The position numbers were made by a program, and so were the translations under genes. Below the pieces are notes generated by a model. The model made no database searches. It was not told where the DNA came from and worked only from the letters and a program-made list of their open reading frames with translations. From the NCBI GenBank assembly GCA_000004985.1, contig GG738852.1: DNA of 64,000 bases. One strand, given 5' to 3'. This document shows, piece by piece, positions 32,527-44,334 of this stretch; positions within the stretch are counted from its first letter, which is position 1; each line of letters begins with the position of its first letter. This DNA comes from Naegleria gruberi (taxonomy: Eukaryota).

Positions 32527-35500
32527 ATGAAGAAACATCAATGCATTAAAAATATAATAACAATAGAAAAAAATATTGCAACAATGTCCACTCAACCAAA
32601 GACACTCACTGTTGGTCTCTTCCCATATCTTCCTTCTTGGAATGAAAATGGCAACGAAGTTAAATTGATCAATTTGATCAAGGATGTTTTGCCAACTCAG
32701 GTTTCCGGATATAATATCGAATATACCGAATTTGATTGTTACAGTGATGCTAGTCTTCAAAGTCTTCCAGATGTTTTCTCAACTGATAGCATTTTCCTTC
32801 CATATCTTGTTTCTTTGGGTGGTGTCAAGAGTTTGGATGAATCATTGGTTCGTGGTGTTACTGGTGATTTGCATAGTTTTGTTTCCTCAAGTGCCTCTGT
32901 CAATGGTTCCGTTTATGGTTTCCCACAATACTTGTGCTCAAACTTTTTATTGTCCTCACCAAATGCTACTCAACAAGCATCTTCCCTTTTAGAATTGGCT
33001 CAAAAGGTTGGTTATGAACAAATTGTTTATCCAGATGTTGCCTCTTCTAGTTCTTTCACAGTTTTCGGATTGTATCAACAATTACTCCAATCATCATCAT
33101 CAGCTGCAGTTGATATCAAGGCCTCTGATCTTCCACAATCTGGTGACCAAGTCAACAAGGATATCACTCAAAAATATAGAACCATTTTGGATTCAACAGT
33201 TGTTGCCTCTCAAAGAGAATATATTAACTCTGTAAAGCAAGGTAAACCAATTTCAAACTACTATGTCGGATATAGTGAAAGTATGTGTGAAATTAAGGAT
33301 ATCATCAGAGATCAACAATACAATGTTCAACTCATTGGTACCTCTGATAAGCCATACGTTTATACTGATGTTTTGGCTTTGAATTCCAATTTGTGTGATG
33401 AAAAGCAAAAGGTTGCTGTTGAAGTTATCAAGAATTTATTGACTAATACTTTAGTTTTGGACTTGTTGGGTCTCGGATTAACTCTCCCAGCCAACAAGAA
33501 TGGTATTGCTCATTTGGCTAAATCATCAAACTTTTATGCTCAATTGAGCCAACAATTCGATGCCAAGGAAAGTGAAGTTAGAGTTTTGAGATGTGTTGAC
33601 TTTGCTAACAAGGAAGTTAAGAATTGTGCTGGTGTCTTGAGACCATTCCTTCAACATATTGCTGTTGCTACTTTGCGTTGTTTGACTGCTGACACTGTCG
33701 AAAAGGCTAAGAGTGGTCACCCTGGTATGCCAATTGGTATGTCACCAATTGCCTATGTTTTGTGGAAGTTCTTCTTCAAATCATCTAAGGATGATGTCAA
33801 TTGGTTGAACAGAGATAGATTTGTTTTGAGTAATGGTCACGGTTGTACATTGCTTTATGCCATGTTGCACCTCACTGATTGTAACTTGAGTTTGGATGAT
33901 CTCAAGAATTTCAGAAGTTTGCATTCCAAGACTCCTGGTCACCCAGAATATGGTCACACTGAAGGTGTTGATGCTACTACTGGTCCATTGGGTCAAGGTG
34001 TTTGTAATGCTATTGGTATGGCTCTCTCTGAAGCTCACTTGGCTGCTCGTTTCAATAAGGATGGACAAAATATCTTTGATCACCACACCTATGTTTTCCT
34101 TGGTGATGGTTGTTTGATGGAAGGTGTTGCTATGGAAGGTCTCTCATTTGCTGGTCACCAAAAGTTGAACAAGTTGATTGTTTTCTATGATGACAATAGT
34201 ATTACTATTGATGGTAAGACTGAATTGACCTTTACTCAAAATACTCCAGAAGTCATGAGAGGTTTTGGATGGCACGTAATTGTTGTCGACAAGGCTGATA
34301 ATGACTTGGTTGGTATTAAGGAAGCTATTTTGGAAGCTCACACTGTTACTGACAAGCCAATCATGATCGTTTGTAAGACTACAATTGGTTATTCCTCAAA
34401 GGTTCAAGGTACTGCTAAGGTTCACGGTTCTCCATTGGGTGCTGATGGATTGAAGAATTTGAAGGAAACTTGTGGTTTCACTGGTAATGATTTCTTCCAT
34501 GTTCCAGAAATTGTCAGAAAGGACTTTGCTACTGTCATTAATAGAAATAGTGAAAAGCTCTCTCAATGGAAGCAAGTTAAATCTGCCTATGATACCACTC
34601 ATGCTACTGAATCCCAACTCCTCCAAAGAATGATTAATCACGAATTGGAAGGTGATGTTATGGAAAAGTTGCCAAAATACCTCGAACAAAAGAAGATTGC
34701 TACCAGATCTACATCTCAACAAGTTTTGAATGCCATCTATCCACTCATTCCTTCTCTCGTTGGTGGTTCAGCTGACTTGACTCCATCCAACTTGACTGAT
34801 GTAACTGGATGTCAAGATTTCCAACCAAACAATAGAGTTGGTAGATATATCAGATTTGGTGTCCGTGAACATGCCATGGTTGCTATTGCCAATGGTATTC
34901 TCTATCATGGTGTTCTTAGAACCTATGTTGGTACATTCTTGAACTTTGCTTCATATGCTTTGGGTGCTATCAGATTGAGTGCCTTGTCTGGTCTTCCAAA
35001 TATTTATGTTTTCACTCATGACAGTATTGGTCTTGGTCAAGATGGTCCAACTCACCAACCTGTTGAAGTTTTACCAATGTTGAGAGCCATTCCAAATCAC
35101 ATTGTTTTCAGACCTGCTGATGGTAGAGAAACCAGTGGTGCTTATTTGTGGGCTGTTCAATCAAAGAAGACTCCATCCTCAATGATTCTTTCTCGTCAAG
35201 ATTTGCCACAATTGACTGGTACTGATATTTCAAAGGTTGCTTTGGGTGCCTATGTTATTCAAGGTGATGCTACTCCTGATGTTGTCCTTGTTGGTACTGG
35301 TTCTGAAGTTTCCCTCATGGTTGAAGCTGCTGAAAAGTTGAAGGCTAACCTTAAGGTTAACGTTGTTTCCATGCCAAGTTGGGAATTGTTTGTTCGTCAA
35401 TCAGAAGAATACAGGAAGACTGTCTTCCCAGATGGTATTCCAGTTGTCAGTGCCGAAGCTTCATCAACCTTTGGTTGGACAAGCTTTGCTCACTATGCTG

Positions 35501-35661
35501 TTGGTATGACTACTTTCGGTGCTAGTGCTGCTGCTGAAGAAGTTTACAAACTCCTCAAGATTACCTCAGACAATGTTGCTGAAAAGGCCACCAAATTGGT
35601 TACCAAGTATGGTAAGCAAGCTCCAAGACTCAGCTTGTCTCTTGTTGGTGAAGAACTCTAA
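32527..35661 (+). CDS. Transketolase with an extra ~370-aa N-terminal domain of unknown function. The alternative start ATG is at 32584.
   Basis: The C-terminal 670 aa is canonical transketolase: the 'SGHPGMPIGMSPIAYVLW' ThDP motif, 'GDGCLMEGVAMEG', the Pyr domain and the C-terminal domain. The TK region is biased toward preferred codons. The N-terminal 370 aa ('KTLTVGLFPYLPSW...SGYNIEYTEF...') is non-repetitive and in the same uninterrupted frame. Confidence 0.85.
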   Translation: MKKHQCIKNIITIEKNIATMSTQPKTLTVGLFPYLPSWNENGNEVKLINLIKDVLPTQVSGYNIEYTEFDCYSDASLQSLPDVFSTDSIFLPYLVSLGGVKSLDESLVRGVTGDLHSFVSSSASVNGSVYGFPQYLCSNFLLSSPNATQQASSLLELAQKVGYEQIVYPDVASSSSFTVFGLYQQLLQSSSSAAVDIKASDLPQSGDQVNKDITQKYRTILDSTVVASQREYINSVKQGKPISNYYVGYSESMCEIKDIIRDQQYNVQLIGTSDKPYVYTDVLALNSNLCDEKQKVAVEVIKNLLTNTLVLDLLGLGLTLPANKNGIAHLAKSSNFYAQLSQQFDAKESEVRVLRCVDFANKEVKNCAGVLRPFLQHIAVATLRCLTADTVEKAKSGHPGMPIGMSPIAYVLWKFFFKSSKDDVNWLNRDRFVLSNGHGCTLLYAMLHLTDCNLSLDDLKNFRSLHSKTPGHPEYGHTEGVDATTGPLGQGVCNAIGMALSEAHLAARFNKDGQNIFDHHTYVFLGDGCLMEGVAMEGLSFAGHQKLNKLIVFYDDNSITIDGKTELTFTQNTPEVMRGFGWHVIVVDKADNDLVGIKEAILEAHTVTDKPIMIVCKTTIGYSSKVQGTAKVHGSPLGADGLKNLKETCGFTGNDFFHVPEIVRKDFATVINRNSEKLSQWKQVKSAYDTTHATESQLLQRMINHELEGDVMEKLPKYLEQKKIATRSTSQQVLNAIYPLIPSLVGGSADLTPSNLTDVTGCQDFQPNNRVGRYIRFGVREHAMVAIANGILYHGVLRTYVGTFLNFASYALGAIRLSALSGLPNIYVFTHDSIGLGQDGPTHQPVEVLPMLRAIPNHIVFRPADGRETSGAYLWAVQSKKTPSSMILSRQDLPQLTGTDISKVALGAYVIQGDATPDVVLVGTGSEVSLMVEAAEKLKANLKVNVVSMPSWELFVRQSEEYRKTVFPDGIPVVSAEASSTFGWTSFAHYAVGMTTFGASAAAEEVYKLLKITSDNVAEKATKLVTKYGKQAPRLSLSLVGEEL

Positions 35662-35880
35662 ATCTTTTACAATACATTTTAATTTATATTCAAACATGCA
35701 CCTTTCTTTAATTGAGATTTGTTTCAATTTTTAATTGATTCAGTCATCTGTATTTTGGAAATTTGACAGTGTGCAAAATTTAATTTGCAATTTTAAAATA
35801 AAAATAACAAAACTTTTTAACGGTAAAAAACAGCACCAACACACAATAACTATTCGTCTTGGAACAATATCATCAACATT

Positions 35881-37725
35881 ATGTCCCTCGCCGATCAATT
35901 ATTGGAAAAGACCAAGCAACAAAAACTACGTTCGGCCTCAGCGTTTGCTCCGAACTTTAAAAAACCAAATATTGGAGGTGGAGCTGCTTCATCAACCCCC
36001 TCCAAAAGTAATAATACCAATAATAATAACAACAACAATAATAATAATACCACTGGACAAACGGAAGCCCATAATGAAGCATCGGCGATTGGCTCTGGAA
36101 GTGCACTCCTCTCTGTACCACCAACTTTGTCTCTGAGTTTCAATCCCACTCAAGATAATCCATTGGATCAATCCCTGTTGAGTACAACTTCATCCACCTC
36201 AATAATACAAGAGAGAGGTACAACATCCAATTCTACAATTGTTGGTGGCGATGATAATAATAATAATGCAATAACTGCACCATCATCATCCGATGATAAC
36301 AACACAAAGAAGGATAAAAGGAAAACCAAAACATCATCACGAGAAAAGAAGAGAAGGAGAAAAATCATTTATTCTGATGATGAAGATGATGAATATGTGG
36401 AACCTCCTCAAGATGACAATGAAGAGGATGCCATTTCAACCACCTCTGCCATGACAGCCACCTCCTCCAAATCAGCAACCAGTTCAAAGACTAAAAGACT
36501 CAAAAAACCAACAGGTGATTTTAAAACAATTTCGGATTTCATTCGGGATGCCATCTTGAATGACTATGAATCAGAAAATACCAATATTAATAATAACAAT
36601 AATAGATCTAATATGAATAATAATTCTTCAGCACAACAGAATGGAATTAGTGCTGATGAATTTATTAATGAAGAGGATGAATTTGAAATTGAAAATGATG
36701 ATCAATATAAGGATAGAGTACATCAAATTGAAATGGAGGATGATGAGAAGGATGATGAGAATGTTAATTCGGATAATATTTCTGCTGTGAGTGGAAAATC
36801 TTCCTACAAGAATTTTGTGGAAGTGAAAGCTCCATCAATTATTCCTCCTAATCCATATAAACCTGCAGATAATAATAGTGAATTTGATGATGATTATGAA
36901 CAGGATTTGGATTCAGAATTTGGAGATTTGGAGAAACCAGCAGGTGGTCCATCAGTTTTCTCATTCGATAGTGATGGTAACATTTTAATGAAACCAACTG
37001 AAACTGATGAAGCTTTAATCCCTTTCATGGAATCTGGAAGACAGGAATTTAACTATTCCAGAGCTATGAGATTGGCCAATCTTGATACCAATAAACCAGT
37101 CACTCAAGCCACCTATGCCAGAAAGGGAAAGGGAGAAAGATGGACAAAGGATGATTTGGAATTATTCTACGATGGTTTAAGACAATTTGGTACAGATTTT
37201 TCAATGATTTCTCGATTGTTCCCAAAGAGAACGAGAAGAGAAATTCATCAAAAGTACAAGAATGAAGAAAAGAAGAATAAGAAAAAGATTGAATTTGCAC
37301 TCAAGAATAGAGCTCCAATAGACATGACACTATTCCAAAAAAAGAGCAAGGAAAAAGATAAGATTCAAGGTATTACCAGAAAGAAGGTCACTAAAACAAC
37401 CTCAGAAGGTGCATCCAATAGTGAAAACAATGAAGATGAATGGAAAGAAGTCACAAGCTCCTCAAAGACTACCTCCAGTTATGAGCAGGCAATTGATGAC
37501 GAGTTTGAGGAAGACGAATTTGATATCGATGATTATGATCCTGAAGAAGATGAAAAGAAATACGAAAGACCTGTGTCAAAGCCTCAATCTTCAACGGCTA
37601 GCTCTGCAACCAATGCTAATAATAACCAGGATGAATTTGAGGAAGTTGAAGGCAATGAAGAAGATGAAACCTTTGACAATTTTGGAAATAATGTTTTGGG
37701 TAGAGGTGAAGATGAGTTTGAATAA
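35881..37725 (+). CDS. BDP1: TFIIIB subunit Bdp1 (B'') with a characteristic SANT domain.
   Basis: 'GERWTKDDLELFYDGLRQFGTDFSMISRLFPKRTRREIHQKYKNEEKKN' closely matches the Bdp1 SANT domain ('...FGTDFSMI..LFP.R.R.EIK.KF..EEK.N'). The flanks are acidic, N/S-rich and disordered. Confidence 0.7.
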   Translation: MSLADQLLEKTKQQKLRSASAFAPNFKKPNIGGGAASSTPSKSNNTNNNNNNNNNNTTGQTEAHNEASAIGSGSALLSVPPTLSLSFNPTQDNPLDQSLLSTTSSTSIIQERGTTSNSTIVGGDDNNNNAITAPSSSDDNNTKKDKRKTKTSSREKKRRRKIIYSDDEDDEYVEPPQDDNEEDAISTTSAMTATSSKSATSSKTKRLKKPTGDFKTISDFIRDAILNDYESENTNINNNNNRSNMNNNSSAQQNGISADEFINEEDEFEIENDDQYKDRVHQIEMEDDEKDDENVNSDNISAVSGKSSYKNFVEVKAPSIIPPNPYKPADNNSEFDDDYEQDLDSEFGDLEKPAGGPSVFSFDSDGNILMKPTETDEALIPFMESGRQEFNYSRAMRLANLDTNKPVTQATYARKGKGERWTKDDLELFYDGLRQFGTDFSMISRLFPKRTRREIHQKYKNEEKKNKKKIEFALKNRAPIDMTLFQKKSKEKDKIQGITRKKVTKTTSEGASNSENNEDEWKEVTSSSKTTSSYEQAIDDEFEEDEFDIDDYDPEEDEKKYERPVSKPQSSTASSATNANNNQDEFEEVEGNEEDETFDNFGNNVLGRGEDEFE

Positions 37726-37735
37726 AACAAATGAT

Positions 37736-38815
<1,080 letters not shown>

Positions 38816-39036
38816 TCATGAGGCTCTTCCACCATCATGTTGAAGGTTGTTGTTTTCCCTCCAAAAATTAAATATGTATGATTTAGATATTATAATAATA
38901 ACATGTTGTTTGTAGAAATAAACAAATTGCAAGTCCCGATAATGAGTTTAAAAAAAGTGGTGCTGGCGATAGTGTTTGGTACATGAAAATGATTATTTAA
39001 ATAAAAAATAAAAAATTGTAAATAATTGAAAAAAAA

Positions 39037-39864
39037 ATGCGTAGCTTTATTTCTAATTCATCCTGCAAGGCTTTGGCCTTTGGTTCTAAACCATCACCAG
39101 GTTCTCTCTTCTTAAAAACACAACAACAAAACTTCCATACATCCATCCGACCAAGTGAAAAGCAACAAGAAGGAGAAGAAAATCTTCCATCACCACGTTA
39201 TATTGAAGATACCTTCCCAGTCGCTAAATCACACATGAAGGAAAGATATATGCAACCACCTAAACTCGATAGACACGGTAACCCAGTTTGGGATTATACT
39301 AAAATGAAAGCTTTTGATAAATCTAAATATCCAGCTATTGAATCACCATTCCTCACAATTCCAAAGAAAAAGAGACACGAATGGAAGGTCAGAGATTATA
39401 ATGACAAAACTACTGTGGAATTTCGTTGTGGTATCAAGTCTGATGACTTTTTAGCTACTGGAATGTCCTCCACTGAAACACCAATTGGTATGGAAGGAAA
39501 TGATGCTGGTATTCTTTCACCAGTTTCCGATTCTGCTTTGGAACAAGTCAAGAAGATTTTCAACTGGGACACTGCCTCAAAACCAGAAATTAACAAACAA
39601 AAGAAGCAAACTCAAATTTTGCGTTTCCAAATGGCTCCACGTGATACAGGAAGTGCACCAGTTCAAATTGCTGTCCTTACTGAACGTATCAAGGCTCTCA
39701 CTGAACATTTGAAAACCAACCACAAGGATTATGCTTCATCAAGAAAATTGCAAGTGATAGTCAATAGAAGAAAGAGAATGATGAGATATTTGAAGAGGAC
39801 AAATCCTGATACTTATTGGGAAACCGTTCGTAACTTGGATATGAAGATTAGTTTGGTAGATTAA
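39037..39864 (+). CDS. Mitochondrial ribosomal protein S15 (uS15m) with an N-terminal presequence.
   Basis: The C-terminal 'GSAPVQIAVLTERIKALTEHLKTNHKDYASSRKLQVIVNRRKRMMRYLKRTNPDTYWETV' is the S15 signature. The N-terminus 'MRSFISNSSCKALAFGSKPS' looks like a targeting sequence. Confidence 0.75.
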   Translation: MRSFISNSSCKALAFGSKPSPGSLFLKTQQQNFHTSIRPSEKQQEGEENLPSPRYIEDTFPVAKSHMKERYMQPPKLDRHGNPVWDYTKMKAFDKSKYPAIESPFLTIPKKKRHEWKVRDYNDKTTVEFRCGIKSDDFLATGMSSTETPIGMEGNDAGILSPVSDSALEQVKKIFNWDTASKPEINKQKKQTQILRFQMAPRDTGSAPVQIAVLTERIKALTEHLKTNHKDYASSRKLQVIVNRRKRMMRYLKRTNPDTYWETVRNLDMKISLVD

Positions 39865-39911
39865 TTTTTTAAATTTTATTGTATTAAAAAACACTTTTTT
39901 GGAATAATAAT

Positions 39912-41177
39912 TTACATTTTTAATTTCCAGAATTTGACTGCACCATCATCAGAACATGATGATAACAAACCAAATTCATTCTTATTCCATATACAACAAT
40001 TAATGTCAGAATCGTGTGCATTAGCAATTTTGGTTAATAATTTGAGTTGTCTTGTGGTGGTATCAAATTGATAAATTGCAATAGTGTTATCACCTCCAGC
40101 TGTTGCAACAAGAGAAATCGATTGACCAGTAGATGGATGTTTGTAAACACACCAATCAACATAATAAATCGTTCTGGTGTGTACATCTGAAATTGTTTGA
40201 ACTTGGGTTACATTCATATCAATATAATTGCCTACTACATCTTCACGCCAGAGAATGAGTGACTTATCATCTCCAACACTAACCATATATTGAGGATATT
40301 CAGGGTCATCACTACTCAATTGAGGTTCAAATGCAAGTCCCCAAACAGTGCTGGTATGGCCTCTCAAAATACCAACACATTTCCATTCATCACTTTGACG
40401 ATCGTGATCTTCTTCAAATCCTCCTTCTTTCCATATACGAATTGTATTATCATAGGATGCACTATATAATAAGGATGGCATATTTGATCTTGTCAATGGA
40501 TGCCAAGCAACAAATTTAACATCTTGAGTGTGACCACTGCAAACAGAATTACAATCAAAATCAGAGAATCCAACCTTATCAATTGCTTCCCAAACCCAAA
40601 CAGTTTTGTCACGTCCGCACGTAGCCAAGAGTCCACAATCACCATCCTCTCCATCATGATCATCGGATTGATCCATCAATGAGGCTGATTTATAATTCCA
40701 AGCTACGGATTTTACTTCATTTTCATGTCCTTCTAAAGTAGATACACATTTCAATAGTCCTAAATTTGCTGATGTTGTTGGTGATGATTCTTTGCTATTT
40801 TGTGATTCCTCTTCCAAGGCTTGTAAATGATTTTGCAATTTGTTTTGCAAAAGAATCCAAATAGAGCTTGTACCATCAAAACTAGCACAAGCAAGAGCAT
40901 TTCCACTCGGAAGAGACCAATCTACTCTCCTAATTGTTCTATTATGTTGATTTTCCAACACATCAATACACTTGGCAAATAATCTTCCCGAAGGACTCAA
41001 CACTCTCACATAATACAACCTCACAGTCTTGTCCGATGAACAAGTTGCCAATAAATTAGAATATTTTGGATGCCAAGCTATCGACCAAACACTCTCCTCA
41101 TGATCAGAGACATTTCCCTCCACTGCACTAATAATTTCTTGTGTTGTTAATGCTGCTAAATCGTCGTTTGTGGTCAT
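39912..41177 (-). CDS. CIAO1: Cytosolic iron-sulfur assembly WD40 protein CIAO1/Cia1.
   Basis: 'EESVWSIAWHPKYSNLLATCSSDKTVRLY' plus seven WD blades. An acidic insertion of about 80 aa. A-rich ATG. Confidence 0.75.
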   Translation of the reverse strand: MTTNDDLAALTTQEIISAVEGNVSDHEESVWSIAWHPKYSNLLATCSSDKTVRLYYVRVLSPSGRLFAKCIDVLENQHNRTIRRVDWSLPSGNALACASFDGTSSIWILLQNKLQNHLQALEEESQNSKESSPTTSANLGLLKCVSTLEGHENEVKSVAWNYKSASLMDQSDDHDGEDGDCGLLATCGRDKTVWVWEAIDKVGFSDFDCNSVCSGHTQDVKFVAWHPLTRSNMPSLLYSASYDNTIRIWKEGGFEEDHDRQSDEWKCVGILRGHTSTVWGLAFEPQLSSDDPEYPQYMVSVGDDKSLILWREDVVGNYIDMNVTQVQTISDVHTRTIYYVDWCVYKHPSTGQSISLVATAGGDNTIAIYQFDTTTRQLKLLTKIANAHDSDINCCIWNKNEFGLLSSCSDDGAVKFWKLKM

Positions 41178-41416
41178 TTTTTAGAGTTTCGTTTTTTCCT
41201 TGGTTTTTTTAATTGAGAATCAAAGATTCAGAAAGGATGGAAGATACGGAGATCCATCATATGTGCATGGACATGAATGTTAAGAATATTATTTGAGAAT
41301 AGACAATTTATTCTTCAAAGAGTTATTGAGGGGAGTCACAAATAATTTTAAGGTCAAATGTGTGTTAAGCTTGGTATCCATTAAATGTTTCAAAAATTTC
41401 GATCGGGATGGGTATA

Positions 41417-42972
41417 TTAGACAACGATTGAATCTTCCACCTTATCTTCAATTGGAGGTTCAGTTGGAGTTGTTTCATTGTTACAAACAATTGGTTGATT
41501 TTCTTCCAAGATGACCTGAACATGATCATTATTAACAATAATTGGTTGATTTTCCTCTGAATCAACTTTCTTTTCCTCCAATAATTTAACACCAACTTGT
41601 TGTTGAGGTCGAGGAGAAAGTGGTTGAACTCTAGATTTTCTCTTTTCATTTCTTCCACATGTATCCATAACACTCTTATCAGATAATTCCTTTGCTTGAT
41701 CATATCGTGAGCTATCTCCTCCACTCTGAGATGATTTCTCCTTCATCTCATTTAATTCCTTTACTGCTCCTGTGAATAAGGGATGATACAAGCTGAAAAC
41801 AAGACATGCAAAGATTACAATTCCAACATTATTAAAAAAGTAAAAGACCAATTTCAAATGTAAATATTCACTGGAGAGAGCAATGAAAATGCCAGCAAAT
41901 AATTGAATGAGAGCACTAATATTAACACCCAATTGGAGAATGACAACTTTTCTCAGGGATTGTTGGTTGGATTGTTTGTTGTGCTTGCTTGTTCTACGAC
42001 GAATGACACTGAAAACTGCACATCCGACTATCTGTTCAAGATAAACAATATTACATAGATTCCAATAAAATTTAAATTCATATTAAAATGTTAAACAAAT
42101 TGTTGAAATTATTTTGAAAAACTCACATTTGAAATAAGTCCATGAAACACAACAGTCACCACAAATATAATATACACAACCACATAGAGATAGGTTTGAA
42201 AATCAAACGCAATTCTAATCTTGATAATAAAATAACTAATAGCAGTGGCAGTAATAACCAACAGCAAGATAACAATAGCTGAACCTCCCAAAACATTTAC
42301 CAAATATCTAAGTATGGTCATCTTTCTTGTAGAGATAATACCAGTAGCCATTCCTACCGTATTTAAAAACACATTGGAAATAAATAAGATGATGAATATA
42401 ATGAGGGTCATGTTCTGAACTTGTGTCATGATTTCAAATGATCCCATCAAGTAGAGGGCTATTACTTTCGAGTCCTGGACGCCTGCCTGGGCCGCACTTG
42501 TAGTTGAATTCATTGAGCTCAAAGCTAGGTTGGCTGTTTCTATTCCTTCCTCCTTCTCAATGGTTGTCAATATGTCGTGTACAATATTAATGGTCAAGCT
42601 ATCGAATATTCCTCTGAAAGTCAATCCAACACATTGAATTATCAGAAGGATAATAACAAGTGTTAGTAAAATCTTTTGATTTCTTGCCATTACCTTTCGA
42701 ATATCCTTTCTTGTCATGAAAACAGCAATGAAAGTAACCAATCCGAGAAAGATGGGTATGAAAATAACTTCAATACCCAGAGAAATCCCACTCAATGTAT
42801 AAGGGTCCAAGTGTTGTAGATAAATTTCTGAAGCAATTCTATTCGAATTATTCAGTATGGTAGTTGTACTGCTACTGTTATTATCGTTTGAAGAAGAGAA
42901 AGAGGTTTCTATTGTTGAAGATGACACTCCAACTTTTGTAGATGAAGATAACAACATTTGAAGGAGAGACAT
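41417..42972 (-). CDS. Multi-pass membrane protein with about 8 predicted TM helices, 2 exons. Approximate join(42972..42127, 42021..41417). Family unassigned.
   Basis: A 105-nt GTGAGT..CAG intron joins the two track ORFs in frame ('...GLISN|IVGCAVFSVI...'). Hydrophobic helices alternate with short loops. Acidic/S-rich C-terminal tail. The probable start is the A-rich ATG 'aaaaATGTCTCTC' (MSLLQM). Confidence 0.45.
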
Positions 42973-43333
42973 TTTTCGATGCTTAGATATTTGAATGGTG
43001 CACTTGTTGTTGAATGATTGGTACCGGCATGTAATCTCTCTCTGACTTTTCACGATAAGAGTGTTTGTTGCAAAATAATTGACCATGCAACCAAATTGAA
43101 ACAGAAATTGTGTAACATGATCCGGTTTAGTTCAGGTATTAAATCCATGAAGCAAGATTTGGAAACAATTGATTTAAATTGCGTAAATATTATATAATAG
43201 CGGGCTTCTTACCACGAAGTTTGACAGGATTGGAGTTTATAAAGGCCAAAGGCTCAATTAACCAAGTTTACAACATTTGGGAATTCATATGCTTAACATA
43301 GGTTTGAGTGAACAGTAGTTTACAATTAATTGT

Positions 43334-44284
43334 TTAGAACAATAAACGTTTTCTATTGAGTAAAAAGAAGAGTAATCCTCCAAAGGCACCACCCAAATGG
43401 CCACTGGCACTCACAGATGAATCCCTATTCGTATACCAACGGTAACATTCAAATGCAATGAATGAGTAAAATACACTTCTCAATTTAAATTGGAATGGTA
43501 AGAAGAAAATTCCCACTGGAATGAATGGATGTACTTGTGTCACAAAAGCTAATAATCCAAATATGGCTCCACTGGCTCCAACACCAACACTGTAATATTC
43601 GTGAGGTCTATTTAAAATTGTACTTCCAATCCACTTATCCAAAATGTAAACAGATGAGCCAACCAATCCACAGAATATATAACCTGGCCAGAGTAATCTT
43701 CTAGTCATTGGCATCATTCTTCCAATTTGACTCAATGCATACATGTTCATGAATATGTGTAGCAAATCGGAATGAGTAAACATGCTGGTTAAAAGTGTAT
43801 GTAATCTTCCTTCTCTTAAATTATGTACTGAAACTCCTAAATAAGTGACCATCTCTTCTCTTGTTAGGAAAATATTAGAGAGGACAAACACAGCAACATT
43901 GAGAGCAATTAATTTTTGAATTCCAGTCAATCTAAATCCACCACCATCACCTCCGAAATAACTTTCTCCTCCATGTCGATATGATCTTCCCATATTTTTC
44001 AATTTTCCCATCCATTCATCAAATACATTTTTCATATTTAAATTTGGAAATCTTCTTGATATTACATGATATAAATTATTTAAAATTGAAGAATAGATAG
44101 ATTCTTGTCTAATGATCGTACTACTAGTTGATGTTCTTAATGTGGTTTGTAAATTTTTGACCAATCTCGTATTACTATTCATCAATTTTTGAGAGGATGA
44201 ATTAAACAACCTCCGAGGATTCATTGAAAATTTATTAATCATCGAGCAAGTCGATGAAGAAGCAGCAGAACAATAACGCAACAT
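43334..44284 (-). CDS. Rhomboid intramembrane serine protease, PARL/mitochondrial type.
   Basis: Catalytic 'GASGAIFGLLAF' (GxSG) and 'ASGHLGGAFGGLLF' (His in the final TM). 'HLLTSMFTHSDLLHIFMNMYAL' is the TM2 region. The N-terminal 'MLRYCSAASSSTCSM' looks like a presequence. Confidence 0.75.
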   Translation of the reverse strand: MLRYCSAASSSTCSMINKFSMNPRRLFNSSSQKLMNSNTRLVKNLQTTLRTSTSSTIIRQESIYSSILNNLYHVISRRFPNLNMKNVFDEWMGKLKNMGRSYRHGGESYFGGDGGGFRLTGIQKLIALNVAVFVLSNIFLTREEMVTYLGVSVHNLREGRLHTLLTSMFTHSDLLHIFMNMYALSQIGRMMPMTRRLLWPGYIFCGLVGSSVYILDKWIGSTILNRPHEYYSVGVGASGAIFGLLAFVTQVHPFIPVGIFFLPFQFKLRSVFYSFIAFECYRWYTNRDSSVSASGHLGGAFGGLLFFLLNRKRLLF

Positions 44285-44334
44285 TTTTTAATCTAATAAA
44301 ATTTTAATATTTAAAAAATTTAAAAATTGCAACA

